In this document: in pieces, positions 9,315 to 17,532 of the stretch
How positions within the stretch are numbered: position 1 is the first letter of the stretch
Layout: the number at the start of each line of letters is the position of its first letter
Virus record (IMG/VR): IMGVR_UViG_3300033067_000919
Span: 1-28,928 of that record
DNA length: 28,928 nucleotides
From: a virus
Lineage: Duplodnaviria > Caudoviricetes
Direction: 5' to 3' (one strand)
Translations under genes and position numbers: made by a program
The notes under the pieces: generated by a model
Database searches by the model: none
What the model saw: the letters and a program-made list of their open reading frames with translations, nothing else
What the model was told of the DNA's origin: nothing

Positions 9315-9517
9315 TTGTCGTTCCCTTTTTTTAGCTGCTTGTCGATCTCGGACATTTCGATTTCTAGCGCCTCTCCACGAAATCCAATTAGCTCAAGGGC
9401 ACATCTCATGCTGATGTCGCTGATGGTGCCATGCTTTCGTGAACGAATTATTGACGCATATGCCTTGCGCCATTTGGCGATCCGCTCAGGTGGAATGTTG
9501 CCGGTTTTAGTTGTCAC
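9311..9517 (-). CDS. Hypothetical protein (paralog of 9081-9314)
   Basis: GTG start at 9517 preceded by GGAG; shares a G.IS.......L...G[YF]...A..IE.S pattern with its neighbour. Confidence 0.6.
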   Translation of the reverse strand: MTTKTGNIPPERIAKWRKAYASIIRSRKHGTISDISMRCALELIGFRGEALEIEMSEIDKQLKKGNDK

Positions 9518-9543
9518 GCGCCGCTCCTGCTCAATGAGCGCTG

Positions 9544-9906
9544 TCAGCCGTTCGACACAGTGAATTCGCAGTCGCCGGCTGGCGGTTGCGTGATGTGCTC
9601 TTTGTGATCGCCCTGTTCCATGCCGCATTTTGCGCACTTCCACTTGTAGTCGGCGCGCTCGTAGCACTCGATCGACAGGACGCTCTCGTCAAACTCCATG
9701 CCGCGAGTTTTCTCTTCCTCAGCGGTCATCGGAATGTAGGTCGGCTTGCAGCCTATGCCGAAGGGCCACATCACCCGACCGGGATGCGTCGCCTCATAGG
9801 CTTTGCAGATGTCGCTCACGATGGAAACCAGCTGCTGGAACTGAGCGTCTGGGACCTCGACGGCCTCGGGAAACGTCACTTCGATTGATGTGATTTTATG
9901 CGCCAT
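9544..9906 (-). CDS. Hypothetical protein with C-terminal CxxC...H...C motif
   Basis: 120 aa, RBS GAGGG, CAKCG....H motif. Confidence 0.7.
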   Translation of the reverse strand: MAHKITSIEVTFPEAVEVPDAQFQQLVSIVSDICKAYEATHPGRVMWPFGIGCKPTYIPMTAEEEKTRGMEFDESVLSIECYERADYKWKCAKCGMEQGDHKEHITQPPAGDCEFTVSNG

Positions 9907-9918
9907 CGTTGGTCCCTC

Positions 9919-10182
9919 TTAATGACCAGTGAGCTCGCGGTCTAACTCCCCGCTGCGTACTTTTCGCGCTCGCTGATTCGCATGGCGCAACAACGCGCCC
10001 TCGGTTGCGGCTATCAATTCTTCGCGCGCTTTCGGCGGCAGCACAGATGCGCAGGTCGCCGCTGCATCGATGCACGCGGCGAAAGAAGTGACGATGCTAG
10101 TCAAACTGAAGCCCTTGGTCATCTTCTCAAGGCAGAGCGCGAGTATCGCATCGCGCAATTCGGTATCTTCGTTTCTCGTCAT
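9919..10182 (-). CDS. Hypothetical protein
   Basis: 87 aa with GAGG upstream; fits the operon tiling. Confidence 0.65.
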   Translation of the reverse strand: MTRNEDTELRDAILALCLEKMTKGFSLTSIVTSFAACIDAAATCASVLPPKAREELIAATEGALLRHANQRARKVRSGELDRELTGH

Positions 10183-10200
10183 TTCCTCGGTCCTCGTTAA

Positions 10201-10443
10201 TCAGCGACGACGACGGATCGTTGCCGCCTCTGGATGGTCAAAAGCACTTTCTACGATGCTTCTGATTTCTCGTTGCATATCGAGAGCCAAAGCAACCTTA
10301 TCGTCATACGTCAGGTCGTCGCGCAGATAGCCGCCCAATGCCAGCGCGCCGATGATGTGGTCGTCTGCCCATACCCGTAACTGCTCATCATGGCAGACAA
10401 GCTCGGCGGCCGACGCAGGGTTCAAGATTATTGTTGCGCTCAT
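10201..10443 (-). CDS. Hypothetical protein
   Basis: 80 aa; fits the operon tiling. Confidence 0.6.
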   Translation of the reverse strand: MSATIILNPASAAELVCHDEQLRVWADDHIIGALALGGYLRDDLTYDDKVALALDMQREIRSIVESAFDHPEAATIRRRR

Positions 10444-10458
10444 ATCCGTTGGTCCCGT

Positions 10459-11034
10459 CTAAGGTGCGTTGCGCGCTTCAGCGGTCACGGGCTGCGCAAG
10501 CAGGTTGCCGCGCCATGAAAGAGGATTTCGCACCGTTGGAAATTCATCAGGCCACGCGATCCGCGACCAACTGCACCCGCCGTTGTCATCGACCATCGGC
10601 CACCTGGCCACGCTACGGTCAGAGCATTCCTCGCATTTGCAATCTCTCATTCGCTCCTTGCGTGGCCAGAACAGGCTGAATCCAGAGTATCCGCAGCGAC
10701 CACGTCCGAATGCATCTTCAAGGTCCGCCATTATGACGTCGGTCATTTCGGCGAAGTCTGGGCCCGGAGCATCATCAGCATCGAGACCGCTGCCCCACGA
10801 ACTACATGCTCGGATGACCCAGTACGCCGGCCTTTGATTTATTGTAGCAATCGAGAACAATGCTCGTCCGTCTCCGTAGAAAGCAGGTAAGAGATATGGG
10901 ATGAAGGTGATCGTATCGGCGGGCGTCCAAAGATACGATCGCTGTGGTTTCTCAATAGCTTTTCGCAAGCGCTGATGAATGACGTCATGTGATCCGTCAC
11001 ACTTCGCTGCCGCCGCAACATCGATTATTGCCAC
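10459..11034 (-). CDS. Hypothetical Trp/Cys-rich protein
   Basis: 191 aa, GTG start with AGGAGG RBS, CKCEEC motif. Confidence 0.65.
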   Translation of the reverse strand: MAIIDVAAAAKCDGSHDVIHQRLRKAIEKPQRSYLWTPADTITFIPYLLPAFYGDGRALFSIATINQRPAYWVIRACSSWGSGLDADDAPGPDFAEMTDVIMADLEDAFGRGRCGYSGFSLFWPRKERMRDCKCEECSDRSVARWPMVDDNGGCSWSRIAWPDEFPTVRNPLSWRGNLLAQPVTAEARNAP

Positions 11035-11046
11035 GTCAATTTCCTC

Positions 11047-11718
11047 CTATGACCGTTGAATGCTCATGATCGCGCGCCCGATCGCTTCCGGGATTTGCGG
11101 GAAGACTGCGTTTCCGATGGCTCCAATTCGGTCCATCCGATCGGCAGGCCCATCAAGAATTCGAACTGCTCGGGCGTAATTTCCCGGCCCCCAAAGGCTG
11201 CGACGAAGCGTCGGCAGCTTGGCCACTTCATCATCGATGGCGCGACGAAGTTCGCTTTGCGCGTCGGGGTATGCAACAGCCCACCAACGATCTCTTTGAT
11301 GGTCTGCCCCGATGTCAGCCCCTGAAATACGACGGTAGTACGTTGCAAAGCCAAGTCTAGCGAGGTCTCCAGCCGCGTTGGCGATCGCCGCTTCCTGGAC
11401 GTTTTCGGCAATGACGTATCGTGGTGCGGTTGCTTGCACGATGCGAAGCATTTCGGGCCATAGGTCGATTGCAACCCGTCTTCCGCGAGACGCTGTACTG
11501 AATGGCTGACAGGGGAATCCGCCGCAAACGATATCGATCGATCCGCGTCCGATGCGGAGCGATCGGACGTCCTGGTGGCAGGCAATATCAGGCCAGTGTT
11601 TTGCGAGGACGCGACGACAGAAATCGTTGATCTCGCAGAATGCGGCCGTTCGCATCCCGGCTCGTTCGAGGCCAAGGCTGAAGCATCCAATGCCGCTGAA
11701 GAGGTCGAGGACATTCAA
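11047..11718 (-). CDS. DNA (cytosine-5) methyltransferase, large (alpha) chain lacking motif IX
   Basis: TTG start after AGGAG. Motifs I (DLFSGIG), IV (GGFPCQPFS), VI (ENV), VIII (HQRDRWW) and X (RIGAIGNAVFPQI) are present; only 223 aa. Confidence 0.9.
   Translation of the reverse strand: MNVLDLFSGIGCFSLGLERAGMRTAAFCEINDFCRRVLAKHWPDIACHQDVRSLRIGRGSIDIVCGGFPCQPFSTASRGRRVAIDLWPEMLRIVQATAPRYVIAENVQEAAIANAAGDLARLGFATYYRRISGADIGADHQRDRWWAVAYPDAQSELRRAIDDEVAKLPTLRRSLWGPGNYARAVRILDGPADRMDRIGAIGNAVFPQIPEAIGRAIMSIQRS
11064..11714 (-). CDS. Overlapping-frame small (beta) chain of the C5 methyltransferase carrying motif IX; true start uncertain
   Basis: The alternate frame is open for 216 codons and ends LLHTPT...GGREITPEQFEFLMGLPIGWTEL, which resembles C5-MTase motif IX (R.LTP.E..RL.GFP..W/F). 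Confidence 0.7.
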   Translation of the reverse strand: MSSTSSAALDASALASNEPGCERPHSARSTISVVASSQNTGLILPATRTSDRSASDADRSISFAADSPVSHSVQRLAEDGLQSTYGPKCFASCKQPHHDTSLPKTSRKRRSPTRLETSLDLALQRTTVVFQGLTSGQTIKEIVGGLLHTPTRKANFVAPSMMKWPSCRRFVAAFGGREITPEQFEFLMGLPIGWTELEPSETQSSRKSRKRSGARS

Positions 11719-11728
11719 CGCTCTCTCC

Positions 11729-12175
11729 TTACGACTGCGGATTCTGAGGCGCGACGGGCACTTCAATAACCTTTATTCCCGCGTTTCGCGCTCGTCGCTT
11801 CATATCTTCGGTCCCTTTTCCGCCGGGGAAGGCGACAACCAAATCTGGCTTGCCTTCATCAATCATACGCTGGTTGCGCTTTGGACCAGCCGAGCGGTCC
11901 ATGCCGGCGGAGCGCCCATTCGGATACCAATCGGCTGGGAAAGACATAACCTTTTGACGGCGCTTGCGGGCCCACATATCGACCTGACGGTCAGCGCCAC
12001 GGGCCGCGCCGTGAATGATGATCTCATGCCCGGTCGGGCATTGCTCCGACAGTACGCGGTCGAGCAATTCGCGCTGGGCAACTATCCTCCGGCTATCTTC
12101 AATAAACTGGAATGAGCCGAGCGGGGCTTTAGAACGCTCCCCGAAATCCCGCCCGCCGCAGACCAAGACCCTCAT
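11729..12175 (-). CDS. DUF2493 / YspA-like SLOG family protein
   Basis: MRVLVCGGRDF, IIHGAARGAD, FPADW, AGPKRNQRM, VVAFPGGKGT motifs. Confidence 0.9.
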   Translation of the reverse strand: MRVLVCGGRDFGERSKAPLGSFQFIEDSRRIVAQRELLDRVLSEQCPTGHEIIIHGAARGADRQVDMWARKRRQKVMSFPADWYPNGRSAGMDRSAGPKRNQRMIDEGKPDLVVAFPGGKGTEDMKRRARNAGIKVIEVPVAPQNPQS

Positions 12176-12402
12176 AGCTTGGCTCCCTTGCCATATGCCT
12201 CGTCGTCGCCGTTGAACGTCACGAAAGGCTGGTCAGCTTCGCCCTTGGCAAAAACGATCACGTCGCCGGCTGCGATCTCCCGGAGGGCTCTCCGGTCCCA
12301 ATAGCGGTGTAGGTAGTCGGGCGGACCGAACACCAGAACCGCGTTCTGGAACCGCTGATCGTGCGGGCTCTCGAAGCGGACGAAGTGGGTTAGAATGCTC
12401 AC
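12172..12402 (-). CDS. Conserved phage hypothetical protein
   Basis: GTG start at 12402 after AGGA; HFVRF...VFGPPDYLHRYWDRRA..EI..GDVIVFA; ATGA-coupled to the SLOG gene. Confidence 0.65.
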   Translation of the reverse strand: MSILTHFVRFESPHDQRFQNAVLVFGPPDYLHRYWDRRALREIAAGDVIVFAKGEADQPFVTFNGDDEAYGKGAKL

Positions 12403-12406
12403 TGCA

Positions 12407-12718
12407 TCAATTCCTGAATTGCGGGGGCACCATATCATGGAAATCCATCGCGTCGGTTTCGCGCACTCGATCCCGGTATCCTTCCAGATTGATGCGGGCG
12501 TCACGTTCGGATTGGACCGCGGCTGTTAGAGCCCTATTATCCTCTCTGAGCCGCTCGATCTCGGTCGCATATTCCTGCGCCAATTTCACGGCCAAGTCTC
12601 GCCCCCCGATAAGGTCCGCACATCTTTGCGTCAGCATCTCAATCTGGCGGTTCTGGAACATGATGGTGTCGATTGGACGCTCGCCCTTCGGCGGCCGACG
12701 GTGTGTCATGCGGGTCAT
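12407..12718 (-). CDS. Hypothetical coiled-coil protein
   Basis: 103 aa, ATGA-coupled to the upstream gene. Confidence 0.65.
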   Translation of the reverse strand: MTRMTHRRPPKGERPIDTIMFQNRQIEMLTQRCADLIGGRDLAVKLAQEYATEIERLREDNRALTAAVQSERDARINLEGYRDRVRETDAMDFHDMVPPQFRN

Positions 12719-13515
12719 TTCTTTGCCTCGAAATGTTCGGCCAGTTTCCGGAGCAACATCTTGCGCTGGCCGACAGACACGCGCAATTCCGCGCGCTTCT
12801 GGATCTGTGTATCGCTCTCAAAATAAGACATGGCGGCGCGCTGGTCGGTCTGGCGGCCTATCCACGCCTCGCATGCAATAACATATTCGTCTGCGTTCTT
12901 CGGGCCTAATGGTGCCGTTGCCGCCGACTGATCGAGGGCTGGGGGCTGAGGGTCAGTCGGCGGCTGGGCTATATCGTGCCCGGCGGTATCGCTGTTCCGT
13001 TCTGTGGGATCGGGCATCACCTCCTTTTGCTTGCGAGCGCGCGGCTTTCTATCTTCCGGAGGCGGCTCAATATCCGGTCCCACCATGGACTCGATCTCAG
13101 AACGCAGCGCCGTGTCGTCCAAACCTGGGACGATCACAGTCGTTGCGACGTGTACGAGGCGTTTCAGCAGGCGGGTGTATTCGGTGCCGTCCATGGCGCC
13201 GAAATTCGTTGGTTTGGGTCGCAGCACGGCGACGTTGCGGAGCGGATCGAAAATGCGACGATAGTGCCGGGCTTCAATGAGCATGAAGTCCATCGCATCC
13301 TCCTTCGTCTCCAGCCAGTCGCAGGCTTCTGCGATCTTCGTCGCCAATGCCCATGCGAATTTGATTTGGCGAAGGGACCGCGGCGTCGTCGCCTTCACGT
13401 TCACCTCGGCATCCATCTTGATGTGGCCAAAGTCGTCCTCAAATACGGGGCTATCCACGAATAGCCCGATTTCACCAGCGCGGCCGGCGCGCTTGCGCAT
13501 TACAAGTTCGGTCAT
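12715..13515 (-). CDS. DUF1367/NinB-like recombination-associated protein
   Basis: PRSLRQIKFAWAL and PKPTNFGAMDGTEY resemble DUF1367 motifs; directly follows bet; start placed at MTELVMR. Confidence 0.6.
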   Translation of the reverse strand: MTELVMRKRAGRAGEIGLFVDSPVFEDDFGHIKMDAEVNVKATTPRSLRQIKFAWALATKIAEACDWLETKEDAMDFMLIEARHYRRIFDPLRNVAVLRPKPTNFGAMDGTEYTRLLKRLVHVATTVIVPGLDDTALRSEIESMVGPDIEPPPEDRKPRARKQKEVMPDPTERNSDTAGHDIAQPPTDPQPPALDQSAATAPLGPKNADEYVIACEAWIGRQTDQRAAMSYFESDTQIQKRAELRVSVGQRKMLLRKLAEHFEAKK

Positions 13516-13516
13516 G

Positions 13517-14419
13517 TCATGCCTCGAACTTGCGTTCGTTGCTCTGGTAGATTTCGAGTAGATCGTCATAGTCGCCGGGGAATAACTGGGCGCGGACAGT
13601 TTCAATGTTGTCGTTAAAGAACGCCTCCAGTTCTTCGCCGGACTGTGCGCTGCCCAGCTTGTCGATGCAGTAGGCCATGTAACTGTCCAGATCGGTCATG
13701 TGGTCCGGGGTGTTGGATGATTTTGCCTTGGCCGGCGCAGGCGGCGGGACGGTCGATTGATGGCCTGACGTGATTGGATCGTCGGCGCGGACTTCCTGCG
13801 CCTCAGATTCATCCACGATGATCTCGGGCGGCGCAGATGGGCTAGGTACGCGCCGTGGTTCTTGCGTAGAGGCCGTGCCGGCGTCCGCAATGACGCGCCC
13901 CTCGTCCTCGTCGTAGATGCCAGAAAACCCGAAAGCATACCGCGCCGCCTGTATCATCGCCTTGTGGCGCAACATGCGGTGGGGCATTTTCCACGGGTCT
14001 GTCGGGCGCTTGCACTCGCTCAGATATTCCGTGACGGTGACGGGGTATTTCCGATCCTTGCGGTAGATTTTGCATGTGATGGAAATCAGGGCGTTGTCCT
14101 CGCCGTGTTCCACATCGAACTCAAACCCGTCGCATGCCTTGTGCGAGTTAACGAGGCTCACCCACCCGTCAATCGATACGATCGGCACAATCCCGCCGCC
14201 CCGCGCAGGGAATGCGTAAATCTCGCGCGTGATAGGGTTGAGGCCGTATTCATTCGCAACCAGCAGGAACGCGGCGAATTGCTCCCGAGAGCAATCACGA
14301 GGGACGACGGTCGCGCGCAGGGTCTGCTCAAATGCGGCCGGTTCCATGCCGTAGCGGTCGGACATGGAAATTAGGACGGACTTTGGCTTGTCGGAAACCA
14401 CCAATTGATTTGCGGGCAT
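13517..14419 (-). CDS. bet: Phage single-strand annealing protein Bet (RecT/Red-beta family)
   Basis: FAAFLLVANEYGLNPITREIYAFP..GGIVPIVSIDGW and PWKMPHRMLRHKAMIQAARYAFGFSGIYDEDE. Confidence 0.92.
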   Translation of the reverse strand: MPANQLVVSDKPKSVLISMSDRYGMEPAAFEQTLRATVVPRDCSREQFAAFLLVANEYGLNPITREIYAFPARGGGIVPIVSIDGWVSLVNSHKACDGFEFDVEHGEDNALISITCKIYRKDRKYPVTVTEYLSECKRPTDPWKMPHRMLRHKAMIQAARYAFGFSGIYDEDEGRVIADAGTASTQEPRRVPSPSAPPEIIVDESEAQEVRADDPITSGHQSTVPPPAPAKAKSSNTPDHMTDLDSYMAYCIDKLGSAQSGEELEAFFNDNIETVRAQLFPGDYDDLLEIYQSNERKFEA

Positions 14420-14449
14420 TGTTTCTCTCGTTATGTCGGCGTTGAAAAC

Positions 14450-14489
14450 ACAGTACAGACAAGCGCGGCTGTGTCAAAAGAAATTTGAC
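14450..14489 (-). promoter_or_regulatory. Putative sigma70 promoter for bet with overlapping 17-bp palindrome
   Basis: Minus strand TTGACA-N16-TACTGT; palindrome GTCAA-aagaaat-TTGAC at 14473-14489. Confidence 0.6.
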
Positions 14490-14494
14490 GGTTT

Positions 14495-15574
14495 TCACCG
14501 CACCCTCGTCCGTTCTTCGGTGTGTGTCCCGGCCACGGTCATGCCAGCGTCGGTTTTCTTTTGCGCCAGTTTCTTGATGAGTGCAGACAATTCCGCATCG
14601 CCTTTCAGGGCGGCATATGCTGCGGCCTCGTCGTCAACGATGACCTCGTGCCAGACAGACACGGCGGCGGCACGGCCAACGGCTCCGCGGATTTGCTCAG
14701 ACGGCGGCGGGGTGTTCGGCGGGGGCGGCGCGACCGGCGGCGGTGGTGGCGGCGCATTCCGCGCCTCGGCCTCGCGCCTCTGCCGCTCAAATTCCATGCG
14801 CTCGCGTTCGGCCTTTTCAGCGGCGAGCCGCGCGATCCGGCGCTTTTCGTTCTCCCATGCCTCCATGGCGCTGCGGATCGTGGCCGCCGTATCCTTTGCC
14901 AGCTTCACGATCGGCATCCACTGGGCGTCAACCTTGCGCCCGGCTTCAAGGTGCGGTTCCTTTTCAGCGGCCCGCGCCTTGTCGGCCTTCCCGGCCAATT
15001 CCGTCAGACTGGCCCGGAGCGACTGCGCCCGCTTGGCGGTGCCGTCGTCCTCGATCTTGGCATATTGCACGGCATCGCTAACCAATCCATCAATCTCGGC
15101 AGCAATCTTGGCTGCCGGGGTGGATTCTTTTTTTGCATCAATCATCGCGAATGTACGCTCCAAATCCCGGTCAAAATTCGGGTTTTCTTCGCGCATGTCG
15201 GCCACGGTTTTCCCGCCCTGCATTGCGATGCGATCAGCCTTCTGCTTTGCAGTCTCTGGCTTGGTTCTCTCGCTCGTGTGACTGTCAGACCACGGCAATC
15301 CCTGCTCGGCCACGCGGCGATATTCTTCCTCAGTGATCGGATAGGCCACAACCCACGTCCACAGGGCGACGCACTGGTCTGCGGTAAGGTCCCGGTTCCC
15401 GATCCGCCCAGCCAATTCCTCGCCGTCCATCCAGAACGCGACCGGCTCCCATGTGACGGCCTTGGTTTCCTTGTCCTTGTTCCGCTTGCGGTAGAAACCC
15501 ACGTCCACGTCGGATTCGTAGGTGGGGATTTTCTCGCCGGCCAGTCGCTTCTGCCAGTTGGTGTAGTCGCTCAT
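14495..15574 (-). CDS. Coiled-coil recombination-region protein (Gp157/Gam-like candidate)
   Basis: ATG 15574 overlaps the upstream stop. Long Ala/Lys/Glu helices with EKEPHLEAGRKVDAQW, a poly-Pro linker and a C-terminal VAG...EE; directly upstream of bet. Confidence 0.6.
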   Translation of the reverse strand: MSDYTNWQKRLAGEKIPTYESDVDVGFYRKRNKDKETKAVTWEPVAFWMDGEELAGRIGNRDLTADQCVALWTWVVAYPITEEEYRRVAEQGLPWSDSHTSERTKPETAKQKADRIAMQGGKTVADMREENPNFDRDLERTFAMIDAKKESTPAAKIAAEIDGLVSDAVQYAKIEDDGTAKRAQSLRASLTELAGKADKARAAEKEPHLEAGRKVDAQWMPIVKLAKDTAATIRSAMEAWENEKRRIARLAAEKAERERMEFERQRREAEARNAPPPPPPVAPPPPNTPPPSEQIRGAVGRAAAVSVWHEVIVDDEAAAYAALKGDAELSALIKKLAQKKTDAGMTVAGTHTEERTRVR

Positions 15575-15828
15575 AATTTCCATCCCATGATGTTTGCGAT
15601 CTCGTGCCCGTACAGGTCGCGAGGGTCCCTCAACGTGGCAACGCGCCACAAATGCAGATCGAATGACACGCGGTCGAAATCCTCCCATGCCTCATTCGCG
15701 TAAGGTCGCATGCGGAGAGATTCGTAAATCCTCTCCCTTTCCTCTCGGGTGGTTTCGGAGCATGTCGCCAAGTAGTAGAGCGTCATCCCAAAAAACACGA
15801 CGCACAGGATCGCCGCCATCCAATTCAT
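15571..15828 (-). CDS. Hypothetical membrane-anchored protein
   Basis: N-terminal TM (WMAAILCVVFFGMTLYYL); ATGA overlaps at both ends. Confidence 0.65.
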   Translation of the reverse strand: MNWMAAILCVVFFGMTLYYLATCSETTREERERIYESLRMRPYANEAWEDFDRVSFDLHLWRVATLRDPRDLYGHEIANIMGWKL

Positions 15829-16226
15829 TGTCCGAATCTCCTTTTGGGCCATGCCGTCTTGCGGCTGGCGATCTTCGTTCGTTTGTCGCGCGGCTTGCGC
15901 GGGTTGATCTTGCGCGGGCCTTTCGGCTTGCCGCCCGTCCCGCCAAACTCGGCATACAGCCGAAGGGCGGCAATGAACGGATTAATCCCGTATTTCTTCC
16001 AGAACGCTTCCTCGTTCATGGAGTGCTGTTCGCGGTGCAGGTCCGGATGCAACGGGACGCACCAGAAATCGGATGGTTTTTCCTGCATGCCAGCGGCAAC
16101 CTTGCCTAGCGTCGGATTGCCCATGCGGATATGGCACGCCTCTACGGGGGTTCGGCCGCTGATGATGCACGGCCGCTTTCGTAGCCACGCCAGAAATGCC
16201 GAATCGTAGAGGCGTGGATTTTTCAC
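15825..16226 (-). CDS. DUF968-like HNH-related nuclease
   Basis: FLAWLRKRPC..SG...EACHIR...KPSDFWCVPLH...HREQH...EEAFW. Confidence 0.75.
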   Translation of the reverse strand: MKNPRLYDSAFLAWLRKRPCIISGRTPVEACHIRMGNPTLGKVAAGMQEKPSDFWCVPLHPDLHREQHSMNEEAFWKKYGINPFIAALRLYAEFGGTGGKPKGPRKINPRKPRDKRTKIASRKTAWPKRRFGQ

Positions 16227-16227
16227 G

Positions 16228-16386
16228 TCAGTTTCCGGTGCGGTGTCTGATCTCGCGATCGATCATGTCCTTGATCGCGGATTCGATGGCGTCGGCATGC
16301 TCTTTCCATGCTGGAACACCAGCATTTCCCGTCACTGCCCAGATCATTTTGAGGATGGCTTGTCCAAGCGGGGTTAACTCGTTCAC
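16228..16386 (-). CDS. Hypothetical protein (52 aa)
   Basis: GTG start overlapping the upstream stop (GTGA). Confidence 0.5.
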   Translation of the reverse strand: MNELTPLGQAILKMIWAVTGNAGVPAWKEHADAIESAIKDMIDREIRHRTGN

Positions 16387-16490
16387 GGCGTCCCCACCCA
16401 CAACAGGAGGCAAACGGCGAAAAAACCGCAGGCGCAGGCGGCTTCAATCGCCGCGACAATACGATAGCGGAGCATGTCGGGGTCCATCAT
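16383..16490 (-). CDS. Small membrane peptide (35 aa), not in the ORF track
   Basis: MMDPDMLRYRIVAAIEAACACGFFAVCLLLWVGTP; GAGG upstream; ATGA and GTGA overlaps fill the operon gap exactly. Confidence 0.55.
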   Translation of the reverse strand: MMDPDMLRYRIVAAIEAACACGFFAVCLLLWVGTP

Positions 16491-16807
16491 TTATCCTCGT
16501 GATTGATTACGCGCGTCTTGGCGTCGTGGTCGTGGACGGCCTTGGTGAGCATTTTGATCCCGTGGCGGATGTAGGCCGGGACGCGCTGGATGCGCTCAAC
16601 CTGATCGTCCAGCACAGCCTGCGCGCGTTCGACCGACGCTCCGGCCTCGACGGCCATGTGCAGGCCGGTCATCATGCCGCGCTGGCCTTCCTCAGAAAGG
16701 TTATATTCCAGCCGCATCCACGCCAGCATGCGTCGAAGATGATTGACCTCGGCGTCGGTCATCGGCATGGCGGCGTTGTTCTCGTCGCCGGTCAGGATGA
16801 GTTTCAT
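16487..16807 (-). CDS. Hypothetical protein
   Basis: Start MKLILTGDE overlaps the upstream stop (ATGA), with GGGAG upstream. Confidence 0.65.
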   Translation of the reverse strand: MKLILTGDENNAAMPMTDAEVNHLRRMLAWMRLEYNLSEEGQRGMMTGLHMAVEAGASVERAQAVLDDQVERIQRVPAYIRHGIKMLTKAVHDHDAKTRVINHEDK

Positions 16808-17013
16808 GCCCGCGCTCCCTCGTACAGTGACCGCCAGTAGCCATCGCCTTCCGACGTATTGGCCCAAAAGAATGCCTGCCGGAGCAACGTGGCAGGGTCG
16901 ATGTGTTCGGGCACCGGCGCGGATGCCGCAAACCACGGGGTCCAGACTGCCAACTCGAAAATCCGCTGCGCATGGAGCGGGAAGGCGGCGAATATCATCT
17001 CGCGGCGGGTCAT
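16804..17013 (-). CDS. Hypothetical protein
   Basis: ATG 17013 after AGGAG; C-terminal AFFWANTSEGDGYW motif. Confidence 0.6.
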   Translation of the reverse strand: MTRREMIFAAFPLHAQRIFELAVWTPWFAASAPVPEHIDPATLLRQAFFWANTSEGDGYWRSLYEGARA

Positions 17014-17024
17014 GTGCTTGGCTC

Positions 17025-17435
17025 CTAGTTGTCGAACCAAAAGACAAGGCGATACGCCGACAGATCGCCTTCGGCGCCAAAGAAATGTAACGCCGGATAT
17101 TCCTTGGCATATTTGTCGGTCAGTTCCCTTTCGGTTTTGGCAAATATTGCCGCAGCCTCGTCCAGGGGGAGCCACGAGTGAGAGTGACCGTCGCCGCCCC
17201 ATTCATCGGAAAGGGCTCGCGTCGTATCACTGGCATCAGATGGGATACCCTTCGGCTCCAATCCACCTTCGCCCCGAACATTGGCGAGCGCCGTAAACCG
17301 AGTGTAATTTCGGCTACGCGCCTTCGGGGAAGCCCATCCCTTGCCATAGGCGGTTTCATGTCCATTGAACGTATCAACGCCGACCCACTTCCCGCCGAAT
17401 TTCTTTTCCAGAACCAGATGAATGTCGCAGCCCAT
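17025..17435 (-). CDS. Conserved phage protein (MGCDIH...FWFDN family)
   Basis: GGAGG RBS; MGCDIH, RNY..F..LANVRG, GIPSDAS, HSHSWL, RLVFWFDN. Confidence 0.8.
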   Translation of the reverse strand: MGCDIHLVLEKKFGGKWVGVDTFNGHETAYGKGWASPKARSRNYTRFTALANVRGEGGLEPKGIPSDASDTTRALSDEWGGDGHSHSWLPLDEAAAIFAKTERELTDKYAKEYPALHFFGAEGDLSAYRLVFWFDN

Positions 17436-17452
17436 AGTCGCCTCCATTGTTC

Positions 17453-17526
17453 GTAAAATCATATTTGACCTATCGGCGCGATTAGGTCAAGTACATTTTG
17501 ACAAATCGTGCGCGGTGTGAGATATG
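17453..17526. promoter_or_regulatory. Divergent promoter/operator region
   Basis: Two tandem palindromes (GTAAA-N7-TTGAC at 17453-17469, GTCAA-N7-TTGAC at 17486-17502); rightward TTGACA-N17-GATATG; leftward CTTGAC at 17491-17486. Confidence 0.7.
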
Positions 17527-17532
17527 GGCAAC

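Noticed and set aside
14700-14760. GGC/GGT-rich repeat
   Set aside because: It simply encodes the poly-proline linker of the minus-strand coiled-coil protein.
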